Source: Eledone cirrhosa (Eukaryota). Taken from it: 64,000 nucleotides of DNA. This document shows positions 26,430 to 39,687 of the stretch, piece by piece. The position numbers and the translations under genes were made by a program. Under the pieces are notes generated by a model. That model did no database searches and was not told the origin of the DNA. It was given only the letters and a program-made list of their open reading frames with translations. How positions within the stretch are numbered: position 1 is the first letter of the stretch; each line of letters starts with the position of its first letter. Location of the stretch: the NCBI GenBank assembly GCA_964016885.1, contig OZ024745.1, positions 83,576,001 through 83,640,000 of the forward strand. The letters are read 5' to 3'.

Positions 26430-26810
26430 GTATGTATATATATAAATATATATACATACACACGCATACACACACACGCACACACGCACACACACATACA
26501 CATATATATATATATATATATACACACATATGTATATATATATACATATACACATATATATATATATATATACATATGTGTGTATATATATATATATATA
26601 TATGTGTATGTGTGTGTGCGTGTGTGTGTGTATGCGTGTGTATGTATATATATTTATATATGTATATATATATACATATACACATATGTATATATATATA
26701 TACATATATATATAGAGAGATAGATAGATACATATATACACATAGACACACAAACATATATATATATATATGGGTGTGTGTGTATGTGTGTGTGCATGTA
26801 TATATATTAA
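26430..26810. repeat. Compound TA/CA/TG microsatellite with internal inverted symmetry
   Basis: Seen directly. Confidence 0.85.
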
Positions 26811-27028
26811 ATATTCGTAGATGTGAAAAAAGAACAGTGCTCATTCAGGGATGAGAGATGATAAATGATATTATTTATTTATGTTCATACACGGAACAAA
26901 AGCACAAAGATAATGAACTAGGTAGTAAGGTTTAGCTAACTGCACCCTAACGCAACACACCACATTCACACCACTACACAAGTGTATGCCTCAGACTACA
27001 TCAACTAATTCTCCATATCCACACACAC

Positions 27029-27059
<31 letters not shown>

Positions 27060-27699
27060 CGTGTGTGTGTGTGTGTGTGGTGTTGGCGCGCGCGCACGCG
27101 TGTGTGTACGTCATTATTATCCTTTTCCATTTAGAGGGTTTTAATTCCCACTATCAGGCTAATTTCCTTTAGTCACAATACGGCGAAAGCTTCTAGTGCT
27201 AACCCAATTTCAAACCTCGCTCGCTGTCTTCAAAACAAAGACGCTTGCCTTGTCAATATGTTTATATATATATGAGTGTCAGGTTATTCACATCGATAAG
27301 ACCTCCAGTAAAACATCTGTGAAACATGTAACAGTCGATGTAGAATAAATACACTTTAAAGCGAAACTTGGCTATCTTATACTATATAGATAGATATGTA
27401 TATACAGTCAAACCAGTATTCCTCCAGTGTACATCACAACGCTCTTTGCTTGAGAGAATCTATTTATAACTGGAAGAAATCTACATTTCCATTATCTCAA
27501 TTATATTAATGTGTAAAGTAGTTATTATTTATCTAAATCCAATCTGATATATATTTGTTGAGGGCGATGAGTAAAAACCTATTCGCTATATATTATCAGA
27601 AGATAAGGATTTTCTTTGTTATATAATATACCATTTTCTTGAATATTTAACGTATCGGCATAAAATTTCCATTCCTTTTATAACCTCTTTGGTCTTACA

Positions 27700-27960
27700 A
27701 TGCGTGATAGTTAAATTATCTCCCTACACAATCAATTATTTGTTTGATTGCCAACGTTTTGTTCTGTTCAATTCAGAGCTTAACGCAATCTGAGTAAAGG
27801 AATTTTCTTCTCGTTCACTTGAGCTTTCGAAATATCTCGGGTGCCGGACGCCAGAGCGGCTTGGCATAACACTAGAGTTAACAATCTCAAGCCACTTCGA
27901 CTATATAGGAGATGCGTTCAGGAAATGCAATCAACAGGCTTGGGTGCCTTCATCTTCGCA
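27700..27960 (-). mobile_element. Possible decayed hAT transposase C-terminus
   Basis: Across frameshifts: IAFPE..LLTL..ASG.R.F.KLK..IE..IKQIID. Weak match. Confidence 0.3.
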
Positions 27961-28282
27961 GGAAATATTCTAAGAAAACTGTTTAATATGAAATTCGCAT
28001 TGCCAAATGTTACGTTCACATTGAAACACATTTGAATTACTTAAGTGAAGCGCCTTTTAAAACTATTTTCAAATATTGATCAGCTGAAAGTACTATGATG
28101 ACGTCGTTCCAAGTGCACAGCTAGAGGCCACTGAAGTTGCATAGATTAGAAGAAAACAAGCAATTAAAATGTTTAACTGAAGAAATAATCCAATATGTTC
28201 TACAGTCGCATTATTTAAGGAGAAACTGAAAATTTGATGTTTTATAATTCATTGAAGAGAAAATTCCTGTTCGACTAATAAT

Positions 28283-28413
28283 TGTTTCTACTTTTGGCAC
28301 AAGGCCAGCAGTTAACCAGTGTATTACTGGTACTTTATTTTATCGACCCCGTAAGGATGAAAAGCAAAGTTAACCTCGGCGGGATTTGAACTCAGAATGG
28401 CAGGGGCCGTAAC
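28283..28413 (-). mobile_element. 5'-truncated Nin-domain SINE with 17-bp target-site duplication
   Basis: CCTGTTCGACTAATAAT at 28266-28282 and 28414-28430, with a B-box and Nin core between. Confidence 0.88.
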
Positions 28414-29004
28414 CCTGTTCGACTAATAATGAATGCAATTTACATCTCGATATCCTTTTTGTTTGGACAAAACAAAAACTGAATACAAAACAAAACCAGA
28501 TATCTATGCGTTAAAAAGGAAGTAACATAATGATCAAATAAATCTAATTAACCTAACTGAAGTTCACCTGAGGAATATTCGCTGTTGGAAATCTAGAAAT
28601 AAAGAAGTGTAGTAATTAATCAACGTGTTAACCTTAGGTTATATATTACATCAGTAAATAGTTGTAGTGGTGCACAATGCCAGGAATTATTTTTGGAGAG
28701 AGAAAGTTTTATCTGACCTTTAATGAACCTATCATAATGAATGTTTTTGTTGTTGTTTTTTTTTACTGTATTCGTTAGTTATAATAGTGTAGTCATTTTA
28801 GACAGGAAAGAGAACTAGCAGATCTGGGGATTCATCGGAAGAAATGCATTGCAATGTTTAGTCCGACTATATCCTATTATATCATATTCCACCATGTTTT
28901 AGGCTACTTTTAATCTTCTAGGCACAATAAATATTAGATGTGCACTGAGATCATTGTAATCGATTAAACATTTACCCGAACCATGTGACCGAATACTAAT
29001 ATTG

Positions 29005-29343
29005 TATGTACGTATGGACCCGTAACTCCCGATAAGGTCATAGGGGCACCGTATTGAAGTACGGCGTTTCTTGGGCATTTTAAGCCTGACGGAGACCAAC
29101 CCTTTCAAGGCCTGAGTACAGTACATTTCTTCCAGAGAAAGAAGGAAAGTAAGAGAGGGGAAACGAGAAAGAGCTATAGAGGAAGAATCGACCTCAGTAC
29201 TAGACTTCTACTTTTTTATCAAACTCGAAAGGATGAAAGGCAAAGTTGACCTCGGCGGGATTTGAACTCAGAGAGCAGAGAGCCGGAACGAATACCATAA
29301 AGCATTCTATCCGACTTTCTAACGACTTTGCCAATTCGTCCCC
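29005..29343 (-). mobile_element. Nin-domain SINE, long-tail variant, copy 1
   Basis: A-box TGGCAAAGTCGTT, B-box, Nin core and a tail of about 130 bp shared with 29532..29874. Confidence 0.8.
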
Positions 29344-29531
29344 TATATTAGGACTAAATATCAGAGAAATGCAACAGTTAGAATCTGTTAAGAAATACAG
29401 TAATATCCAAATAGTTGAATAATTACAACCCCTGTACGTGACAAGAATTCAATAAGATTTCTTCTTCGATGTCTCTTATGTTTTTACTACGGCCTCTATT
29501 ACTCAGTACTCTGACCACGATTCTTTTATAC

Positions 29532-29874
29532 CATGCATGCGTGGTCCCGTAACTCCCGAGGGAGTCGTAGGGGCACCTTGTTGACATACGGCGTTTCTAA
29601 TGCATTTTTGAACTTGTCGGAGCCCATCTCCTCTCCAGGTCTGATTACAGTAGATTTCTTCCAGAGAAGGATAGAATGTGAGAGAATGGAAGTGAAAAAG
29701 AGAGATAATGGAAAAACATCTACCCCAGTACTAGACCAGTATTTTTTTATCGACCTCGATTGGATGAAAGGCAAAGTTGACCTCGGTAGGATTTAAACCC
29801 TGAGAGCAGTGAGCCAAAACGAATACAATGAAAATGTTTGTCTGACGTTCTAACGACTCTGACAATTCGCCACC
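29532..29874 (-). mobile_element. Nin-domain SINE, long-tail variant, copy 2
   Basis: Diverged and collinear with 29005..29343. Confidence 0.78.
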
Positions 29875-29969
29875 TCTGTTATACCATCGTCATTAGGAAA
29901 AATATATGTTATATTGACAAGAAAAACTGGTACTCCATCATTTACGACAGCTCATGAAATTAACGGGTA

Positions 29970-30180
29970 ATGGTTGAGTATTCCTCAAACATCTGTACCC
30001 TTAACTTAATTCTCATGGAGATTCAGTGTGACACAGAATGTAACAAGGCTGGTCTTTCGAATTACAGGTACAACTCATGTTTGCCAACTGAATGAACTGG
30101 AGTAATATGAAATGAAGTAACTTAAACTCACGAAACTTACGATCATTAGTCGAATACCCTAACCACTAAGCTACGTCCCT
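29970..30180 (-). mobile_element. Second tRNA-derived SINE family, decayed
   Basis: Minus-strand head GGGACGTAGCTTAGTGGTTAGGGTATTCG contains an A-box. Confidence 0.6.
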
Positions 30181-30963
30181 TTGACAATAACAGAGTGATA
30201 AAATCAACCCACTTGGTTATTCCAATTGAACAATGAAATAATGCAATGGATTTGCTCAAATCTACAATAAACATTCTAAGTTACTTTAGTTTTCGGAATG
30301 AATAGATTCATTTATTCTTCTTTCTTTAATATAATAACGATCCAACATTCTATCATTCTAGACTGTATTATTCCCCTCCTTCTATATCCACGTACTTAAC
30401 GTTTATTTCGTTCATACACTGACAGGGAAAGAAAAGATTCATTCTGTATTGAATAATCATATATGATGTCAACCCTTCTCTTATTCGATCAGCAAACTTA
30501 TAGAGACAACATATTTCTTCTTATATTATAGGACTCGTTGGTCAATGTTTTTTTACGTAATCATGACGTTACTTGCATTGCTAATACATCATTTCCAATA
30601 GTAAATTCAACTTGACGTGAAATTATGTCGCCTAACTCAGCAATAAATAACACTCCAGAACTTTTTTGTTTCATAATGGACTTCCCTATATTTACTATCA
30701 AATAATGCTCGTGAGTTTTATGAGTTTAATTTAATCCATCAGATGCAGAAAATAGAATGCAAATCTATAAAATGTCCACGTTACCTTCTACTCTCAAAGT
30801 TAACCGTAAAAAGCGTGATTTTAAAAGTACTAAATATTTCAAGAGGGAAGTTATATTATAAAAAAAAAACTGCTTGAACACTTTCATGATTGATGAAAAA
30901 GGTAATTTGTGCTCACACTGGCCAACTGGAATATAAAGGAAGTATATTTGCGTGTAAAATATT

Positions 30964-32130
30964 TTAGTAATACTGATGGAAACGGAGAATTAGGTGGTGA
31001 TGATAGGAAGAGGAGGTCATAGCAGATTCTAAGGCAATCAACAGTCCCATTTCAATTTTTCGCAGTGGAGGATGCAGTAATATCTCGCAATGAATTCTTT
31101 GCCTTCTTTTATACTGGGCGAAAACGGAGGGTTTTTTGTTTTTTTTGTCATTTTTTTGCAGGAGATGGATTGTTACTTCTCCTCCTTGCCACAATTTACA
31201 TCCGATTATGCAATATCGAGGAGGGGCATGTCCACTACCGGTGTTGATATTGCAGTTTCTTCTCATGTTGCCAGTGCAGCTGCTGTGACTCTACCTATTG
31301 CTGTTCGTTTGGCCCTATTTGCTTGCGTTGAGGGCCCCACCCTCGCCCTCCTCACATCTGCTGTGGAAGATCTTGGCATCTTTGCTGCTTCTACTGTTGT
31401 TACAGGGAGTGTGTTTGTCACCAGTGCCGCTGTGATTATAGATTATGTGGTCGGAATTGCCACTGGTCTTCTTTGCCACTGTGCCTGAGATATTGACAGT
31501 AGTACGTTGTTTCTTTTTTTTTGTGAAGGGGTAGCTAGTTGTGCGCAAAATTTCTTTAAGTGGATTGCAGCACCACATGTGGGGTCTGGAAGGTGATCTT
31601 TGCTCTATACTATGGTCAGTTCTTTAACAGTTCTTCATTAGAGGGTATTATTTGAGTAGATCCCACCAAAGAGTTGCTGGATGGCTGGTTTCTAGTTGGC
31701 TAGCGGCTTGTCGAGATATTTGACTGGCCTGTTTGCTGCGGGATACTGACTCATTCGTTGATTGACTGGTTTTTAGAATGTCTGCATAAAGCCGAAACAT
31801 TGGTTTCTATGTCAGTAAATATTCTGCTGTGGTTTTTGTTGTCATTATTGTAGGTTCTGTGATGGTAGTGGTGATGGTGGTGCTTTCACTACAGCTGGCT
31901 GGATGAGTAGCTGGCTGGTTGAATGACTGAGACTGTTCTTGAAGATAGTGGTCATTTTGACGTTGGTATTCTTCATAGTGTGTCTGCTGTTTGCACGTGC
32001 TTCCTCAAGCTCAAAGCCTGGCGAATTGAATGAAGAAGATAGAAACAAGCAGGACACATACATTTTAGCAATCTTGATACTTTTGTCGCTTGAGAATTCT
32101 CAAAGAATATTTGTTTTGGGATATTTTTGC
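30964..32130 (-). pseudogene. Possible decayed Tx1 ORF1-like remnant
   Basis: Coding-like, Thr/Pro/Lys-biased broken frames. SYPFTKKKKQRTTV weakly resembles ORF1 SHPLPLTPNKMEQRRLCTV. Confidence 0.3.
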
Positions 32131-32313
32131 CGCTAAAGTCAGAAATAAGCACACACACCCCACACCCCACACACAAAATGGGCCGTTTTCTTAAATTGCT
32201 ATAAATAAAACTGACTATTTACAGAATCCAAACAAAGGTTCAATTATCAATAACTTGTTCCATTTGGAGTGAAGTAAAACAAGTGTGTACAATTCCGAAG
32301 CAACCATAATTAT

Positions 32314-32735
32314 AATTTCAACATTTGGCATAAGACCAGCAATTTGAAATGTAATGGAAACTCAATAAAATCGACCCCAGTGATTTGCTGGTATTTTATT
32401 TTATCGACCCCACAATGATAAAAGGTGATGCTAAGTTCAGAAACATTTGAAATGAGAACTTAAATGGACAAAACTATATGCTCCAAAGCATGTCTGACGC
32501 TCTACAAATTAACCCCCTTCCCTGTCCTAATAATTGTTTCTGATTTAGGCACAGGACCAACAACTGGGTGAGGGGAAATTCGATTATATCGATGCCAGTG
32601 CATTAAATGTGCTTTATGTTATCCTTATTTAAGGATGAAAGGCAAAGATAACCTTGTCGGGGCTTTAACACAGAACGTAAACAAACGTAACTATATGCTG
32701 CAAAACATGGAGTCCGACGATCTACCAATTCTGCC
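32314..32735 (-). mobile_element. Two tandem decayed Nin-domain SINEs
   Basis: Repeated GGCACAAG.CCAGCAA, ATCGACCCC and GGATGAAAGGCAAAG motifs. Confidence 0.7.
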
Positions 32736-32765
32736 CAATAATAATAATGATGATAATGATGATAA

Positions 32766-33180
32766 CAGGGGGAGAACCACCCAGTGGTATTCTAGGAACC
32801 CCACAAATCCTAAACCAGCTTAACTTTCAAGGGCTCCATAGGTACCTTCCCCTCTTTTCTCGAAACTCTCCAGCCTACAAGTACATGCTCAGATTAGGCT
32901 CACCCACTTGGGCCATTCTCACAACATTCAGCCAGCTGTTAAGAAATATAATGCGGAGCAGCACCTTCCCTCCCAATTGGAATTTGAAAACGTCGATAAG
33001 GGCTTGCCTGCAAAGAAAAGTTGTCTGTTTTTTCAGTCCTTTCAGCCTCGTCAAACATGCAAGCTCTTTCGCTATAGCTACTAGCCAAAAGAAAACTGCC
33101 TGCCCTTCCCGGCGAAAAGAAGACTGTGGAGCGATCTTTAGGATGCAGTCGATTGATAGCCGGATCCGAGAAGTAGCAAG
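32766..33180 (-). mobile_element. Old Tx1 3' fragment next to an (AAT)/(GAT) run
   Basis: Minus strand reads WLNVVRMAQVGEPNLSMYL*, homologous to WVKVARMARVNGPSLYISL*. Confidence 0.75.
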
Positions 33181-33189
33181 AAGAATGAA

Positions 33190-33960
33190 AAGAACGAACG
33201 ATTTTCAATTTTTTTAGGTCACTCTTATAGGTGATGATATAGTGGATCACGGGCCACCCTTTTGAGCTCGGATGAATCCCCCCATATCTTATGGTTTGCA
33301 GGGTGTTTAAAAGTTATATTAGTGATACTAAAATAAAATTCCTTGCAAGAGTGAAAGCAGCCGAAGCCTATTTGAGTTCAAAGCTCCGACGCCATTGAAC
33401 CCAACAACGTCATGCCATTTTGATAGTAATTTCAAACTCTAGCATTGAAACCTCCAATTATGATGAGCTTATTTTTGTATGGAATTGTAGAGACCGCTGC
33501 CAGAATCCGGATCATAAAATGCTTCGATATGCTGCTGAGATGAATAAAAATGTTGGGGCGAAAAACTCACTAGTGTAACAGAGCTGTTGTTTACTACATT
33601 CAGAGAAAGGGGCTTGGAACGATCGCCGACACCTTTGAGGAATGTAGTTAGGTGTTTAGCAATGTCAGATCTGATGATAAAACCAATACCAGATTCACAG
33701 TGGACTTCTTCACCTTTTTCTAACTAGAAGGCGATGCATCCTTCTCGTACTTCTTCCGTTTGAAACGTGCCAGGTAGTCGGCTTTCACTTATGGTCAGCT
33801 CAATATTATATCTGATATGTTCATAATAAAAAATTGTTGCAAGTGTTAACCCAGTTATTTGCCCCACCTCAGTTGACTTTCAAGATCTCCTCCACCATTT
33901 GACGAGTTTTGTTGTTCATCTTATTCAACTGCCAAATACGCTGATGTATTTTTCTTTGAA
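33190..33960 (-). mobile_element. Decayed RTE/BovB-like APE endonuclease fragment
   Basis: FAPT, KLIIIGGFNARV, ITN and IHYIITYKSDLKK. Confidence 0.65.
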
Positions 33961-34238
33961 ATTAACCAGATAAAATGCTATTCAAGGACATTTCGCTAGA
34001 ATAGAAATCATGTGTTATTAAATTCAATCAATGTAGAAAATTACTAATATCGTACGTTCGTGTGTTCAACACATGAATGCAATTTTAACATGATGGATAA
34101 TGATGTCTCCCAAGGGGACGATAAATTAGTCTTCAGGCTATATTTGGATTTGTAGAAATGCGCATATATGAGTGCATGTATGATGTATGTATGTATGGAG
34201 GATGTATGTATAGTATGTATCTCTCTCTCTCTCTCTCT

Positions 34239-34338
<100 letters not shown>

Positions 34339-34401
34339 GTGGGTGGGAGGTAAGACGGAAATAGAAATATATATAAGCAGTCAGAGAGAAATAGATAGAT
34401 A

Positions 34402-37400
34402 TATTTCTTTATTTACCATAAAGGTATAAAAAGAAGGGACAAATACAAAGGGGGAGTTTACATAAAATCGAGTAAAAATGGTATAAAATGAAAATAATCG
34501 AAAACAACCTCAAAAGGGAGGGGACGTGATGGGGGTTGCACACACCCCCGAAAAAGTGTGCAATCCTTTGCTCGGGGAGCACATGGAGAAGGTGCTCCCC
34601 TCTCCTTCACTTCTTTACCTACAGGATGGTATACAGAGAAGGCCCATTTACACGAGCCATTCTCGCCACTATCACCCACCTTTCATAAAACTGCCTGTGG
34701 CCAAGCACCTCTCTCTCCATTCTTATCCTTCTTCCGAAGTGATATCGGAAGAAGTAGACCAGACTATGGTCAGAGAGGAAGTTGCCTGACCTCAGACCTT
34801 TCAATCGTGTCCACCAAACAACCTCTTTCAACATGGCTACTACGCACAGAAAAACCACCTTTGCTGTCTTTGTGAAGAGGGGAGGCGGCTTGATTGTCAT
34901 CACGGACTCGGCGGTCAATCGAATCGGCGCCACCCGCTACAACAGTCGTTCGCCGTAGCCCCACAGAATAGCCACGCCCGGACATTACACCAATGTGTGC
35001 GCAACGGTTTCTTCGTGACGCACGCATCTAGGGCAAATCTTTTTCGAGGGATCCCTGCCCGGGCGCCCGTGTCTGTAGAGCCTCTCTCGAACGGGTAGAG
35101 CCCCCCGGTAGCACTGCCAGGCCAGTGACTTCTGGAAGTTTTCCATTGGTCCCGGGCCGAAAGTCGTATCGAACAGGCTGGCCAGTTCGTCCTCTTCCAT
35201 GTCCAGCGACTCTCCAAGGGAAGGGTGTCATCGCCCCTGCTAGCCACCAGCCCTCTATAGAATGATGAGGTGGATTCTCCACCAATGGCCTGGCCCGCTT
35301 GCCAGAGAGCCCTGAGCGCCTGGGCACACTCAGTGTGCCAGTCTCCCAGTTTTCCGGATCTTTGCTTGACCCAGGACTGCAGCTCGGTGAGCGAGACGAG
35401 TCTCGCAAAGGCTCGTTTCACGAACGGAGCCCACACCGGTTGACCAGTGAGGAATACCTGTAGGTGCCATAGCCTTAATGCGTGCCTACGCATCATCAAC
35501 CACGGCATCCCCAGCCCTCCTTTCGAAGGTTGTTGGCAGCAGATGGATCTTCTCACCATAGGAGGGCGCTTCTTCCAAAGAAATTGGAAGAGCATGCGTT
35601 CCATGGTGGTGAGTGTTTCCTTAGGGCAAGGCACGACAGTCAGGCGGTAGTAAGTAACGGACGCTATGTAAATGTTCGCCACCTCCCCCCGACCTTTTAG
35701 GGACAGCTTACAGGTGGCCCATTTCTGGGTTAGTGCAAACACCTTGTTCGTAACCTCGTCCCAGTTCTTTTCCACCTGGAGGTCCGGTCCAAACCAGACC
35801 CCAAGCAACTTCACCGGGCCCTCCGTCCAGTGTCCGACGACACCGTCGGGAGGCATCGGTCTGCCTCTCCACGTTCCGAGTTGCAGCTCGATAGATTTTT
35901 CCCGGTTCAGTTTCGCTCCTGACAACCTTTCGTAATCCTCCAGTAAGGTACCGATCGCCTCGATCTCTGAGTCGGTCGATACCATTACTGTTACGTCATC
36001 GGCGTAGGCCGACACCGCTTTGCTCAATCTTGGTTCCAGGGGGATACCCTGCAACAACTCCAACTACCTCAGTAAAGGCTCGAGAGTCTATACGTACAGA
36101 AGCGAGGAGAGAGGGCACCCCTGTCGAATGGATCGTGTGATTTCGAACGGCTTCGAAAGGTAGCCGTTCACCTTGATCCTAGAACAGATGTGGTTGCTAT
36201 GTAAGGCAGTGATCCAGCCTCTGAAAACAGAACCGAACCCAGCCGCCGCTAGCACCGCATCCAGGTAACCATGGTCGACCCTATCGAAGGCCTTAGACTG
36301 ATCCAACTTGATCAGGGCCCCACCGAAGCCGGGTTTGTTGCCAACCCTCTCTATGATATATCGCATGAGGTGGAGGTTATCGTGAATGGACCTGGATGGG
36401 ATAGCACATGTCTGCGCATCTCCAACCAGGCCACCCACGACAAGCGCCAACCTCTTTGCTAACACCTTGGCCAAAATCTTTAACTCTGTGTTTAGCAGGG
36501 TTATGGGCCGAAAATTATTTATACTATCCCCCTTGTTCTCGTCCTTCCTCACCAGCGAGACTACGCCCTTGGCTACAGAACAAGGAATTCTCCCGTTCTG
36601 CTGCCAATTGCAGTAGACCGCTTCGAGGAGTTCGGAGAAGAAGACCGGCATTGCTAAATAAAGTTCGTAAGGTATACAATCGAGACCTGGAGATTTGCGT
36701 CTGCTGCATTGGCTCAGCGCATCCCCGATCTCATCAGCCGAGATTGGTCCCTCGCAGGACTCTGCCTCTTCGCTCGAGAGACGCGGCAGGCCGTCGAGGT
36801 ATGGACCGAAATCCACGTCCCCGTCCGGACCCTCGCCTCCCCCGAATAATCGGGCAAAGTGCCTTTGAAAGGCCTCGCACATCTGCTTAGGTTAGGCTCC
36901 CGGATCACCCGTTCATCCTCGTCTTGCAAAGCCCGGATGGTGGATCGATTTCCACTCTTAGCTTCTGTCACGCGGGCCCAGCCAACGGCTTTGGTCCCTT
37001 CATTACCTATAGCACGTATTTTACTTCGAATGACGCAGCCTTCGTGCTTTGCATCGAAAAACTGGTTCAAGGCCGTCCTCGATGCCAGCACTCTGGCTAC
37101 ATCTTCGCTCTTGATTGCCTCTTCTAATTTACCTGTTAATTCTTTCTCGTTTCTATTCCTATCGGCAGCTAACATCTTGCTATAACTTATTGATTCTGTT
37201 CTAATCTCTCTTTTGAGAGATGCCCACCATCGGTTGTTGACGATTGCACCCGTCAACCTCTCCTTAACTAATCTGCTAATCCGGTTTCTGTAAGTCTATT
37301 TTGCCGGTAAAGACAAATTAAATTTCCAGTAACCGGGACCCTGTTTATGTGTTTTCTCGAGATTGACTACGCAGGTCACTAATTTGTGATCCGTATAGCC

Positions 37401-38741
37401 AACCGTGAGCATTTCTGGACAGCTTAATATCCTTACTTCTAACTAAGAATCTATCTAAGTACGATCTAGATTGACCACTATGGTTCGTCCAAGTCCAGGT
37501 TGGCACAGTTGGAAAATCTAGTCGATATCTATCGACCAAGTTAAAACGGTCGAGTAACCCCTTGAGGCTGTTACCCCCCCCCCCCCTATTAGTACATGCT
37601 CCTGCATAGTCCCAACGTGCATCTAGGATGTCATTCCAATCCCCTGCTAGAAGCAAGGAACGCGACGTTCCCAGAAAAGTCTCCAAACGCTGGAAGAAGT
37701 CGGGCCGTTCAGCTCCGAAAGGGGAGTAGACGGCGACCAGTCTCAAGGCCGCACCTTCACTACTGCCAACGTCTAGCACCAACAAACGACCCTCCGGGTC
37801 CGAGTGAACAGCCTGTACGGCGAGACCCAGGTGTTTTTCCAGCAGTACGACAACACCACCCCCACCTCCAGGTTGACAGAGAGATACATGCACCTCAAAG
37901 TCATCGAAGGTAGGGGCCAGCTGCCGCACGACGCTGATCCGAGTCTCACAGATAACCATTACATTTATACCACGTGACCTGAGGTCATTTAGAAGCTTTG
38001 CTTGCTTCCAAGTTGAGCCCAGGCCACGTGCATTCAAACATCCTACTCTTAACACATCCATGTGGGCGGCAAAGCCAAAGGAGAGTGTAGAGACCTACCT
38101 TTCTGCTTCCCGGGGTTCGGGTCGCACGACTTCCATGGGGTCGGGGGTGTTGGGTGAAGCGGTGTCTTGTGGTGGTGTGGGGTCGTCAGTGTGTGGTGGG
38201 GTTGGGGTGTTTGGAGTTGTGTTGGGGAGGGGAAAGGGAGAGGGAAAGCTTTTTAGTAGGACGCGGTTTATGGGTTTGACAGAGGGTGGTCTTACGTCCT
38301 CCTTAAAATCCTTTTTTAGTTTTTGGAAGAGGTTCATTGGGATCTTTATTAATTTTAAATGTGGGTAGTTTTCTGAAGAAACAAAGTTTACACCTTTGGT
38401 TTGTACCGAAGGATTATTGTTCATGAGTTCATTTAATTTATTATTGTTTCTGTTGATATAAGTATAGTGTAATGTCTTTTTTTCGGATGGTGTGAGTGTT
38501 TCGAAGAGGGGAGGGGCAGGTTTTGTTTTGTTTGTTGCTGGAGGGGTGTTTTATGTTTTGTTGGATTGTGTTGACATTTGGGTAGGGGTTGTTTGGCCTT
38601 GTGTGTTTTGCACATGTTTTCTTTTTTTCCTTTTAATCTGTCTGAAGGACTCCGTTTCTTCCTCCGAATTCGTTGGGTTATCTTCAGTGTTGGAAGGAAG
38701 AGGTATGTTTGCTGGTAATTTTTCCGTGTTGGTTTTCTAAA
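34402..38741 (-). mobile_element. 5'-truncated Tx1 copy (ORF1 C-terminus plus disrupted ORF2 from 38061 to 34619) with 19-bp TSD
   Basis: APE, RT and YADD motifs. AGAGAGAAATAG(A/G)TAGATA at 34383-34401 and 38742-38760. Confidence 0.92.
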
Positions 38742-39355
38742 AGAGAGAAATAGGTAGATAGATAGATAAATAGATAAAGAGATATGCTCGCTTCATGAAT
38801 ATGTCCGTGATTTAAAGGAATACAAAATTGGAAAGGACGTGTAGAATATATATCCCCAAGTAAAAAAATATTCTATATAATATTATGCGCGTATTTTATT
38901 TTATTTGATTTTCTTTTAATGATTATGAAATTCCCATTTTAGAAGCATGAAACATGTTAAGGAAAGTGCGACGTTAATTCTTTCGCTCATAAGAATTCCC
39001 GTTTTTTTAAGGATTCTTAATTTTATTTTTGCATCAATATATTGCACAGGCAGTGTATTTAACAAGTATTTATCAGATATACAGAAAAAAGGCCCAAGCA
39101 CAACGTACTGACACTCACTCACACACACACATACCACAGACACCACACACACAAGGCGTTCCAGGGTGAGTATGCACATTTATACACCTCAAGCATTTAT
39201 GCATATATATCGAAGTGTTTCATGAGTGAGGCAGGAACATAGAAGCAAATAACCACACATATATATACACACAATGATTTTACCCACGTATTATAAATAA
39301 ATATGGTATCATTGGATTATAATGTCCACAACTGTGTTTTTCATTGCTGAGATTT

Positions 39356-39404
<49 letters not shown>

Positions 39405-39645
39405 AAATGTGGAGAGGAAGCACACGAGTTAGGATATATTTATATATATATATGAAAACAGGGAGAAAGAGACGATTATGAGGAACAAACATTTTTTTTT
39501 TTCCTTTTTTGTTTCTCTCTTTATTCTGGGTTAGAAAATGATTAAAACGAAATGTTTTACTTTGTGTGAAGTGTTAAGGTATTAGTTGATTTATGTATTA
39601 TTTAACAATGGCATTTATTTATCTATTTATATATTTAATTATTGT

Positions 39646-39687
39646 CTATTACCGGTTTCGGCATTTAAATGCATTATCAAATGATAG
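39646..39687 (-). ncRNA. Candidate minimal hammerhead with U3-A8 core
   Basis: TTGATAA-T-GCATT ta AATGC-C-GAAA-CCGG-TA-ATAG. Confidence 0.55.

Noticed and set aside
26368-26854. Long YI/HT/CV-rich ORFs (also at 4417-4841, 25006, 44749 and 56581-56959)
   Set aside because: These are translations of stop-free microsatellites, not genes.
28899-29796. Duplicated host exons
   Set aside because: The reading frame is not conserved between copies, and the segment is collinear with SINE heads.
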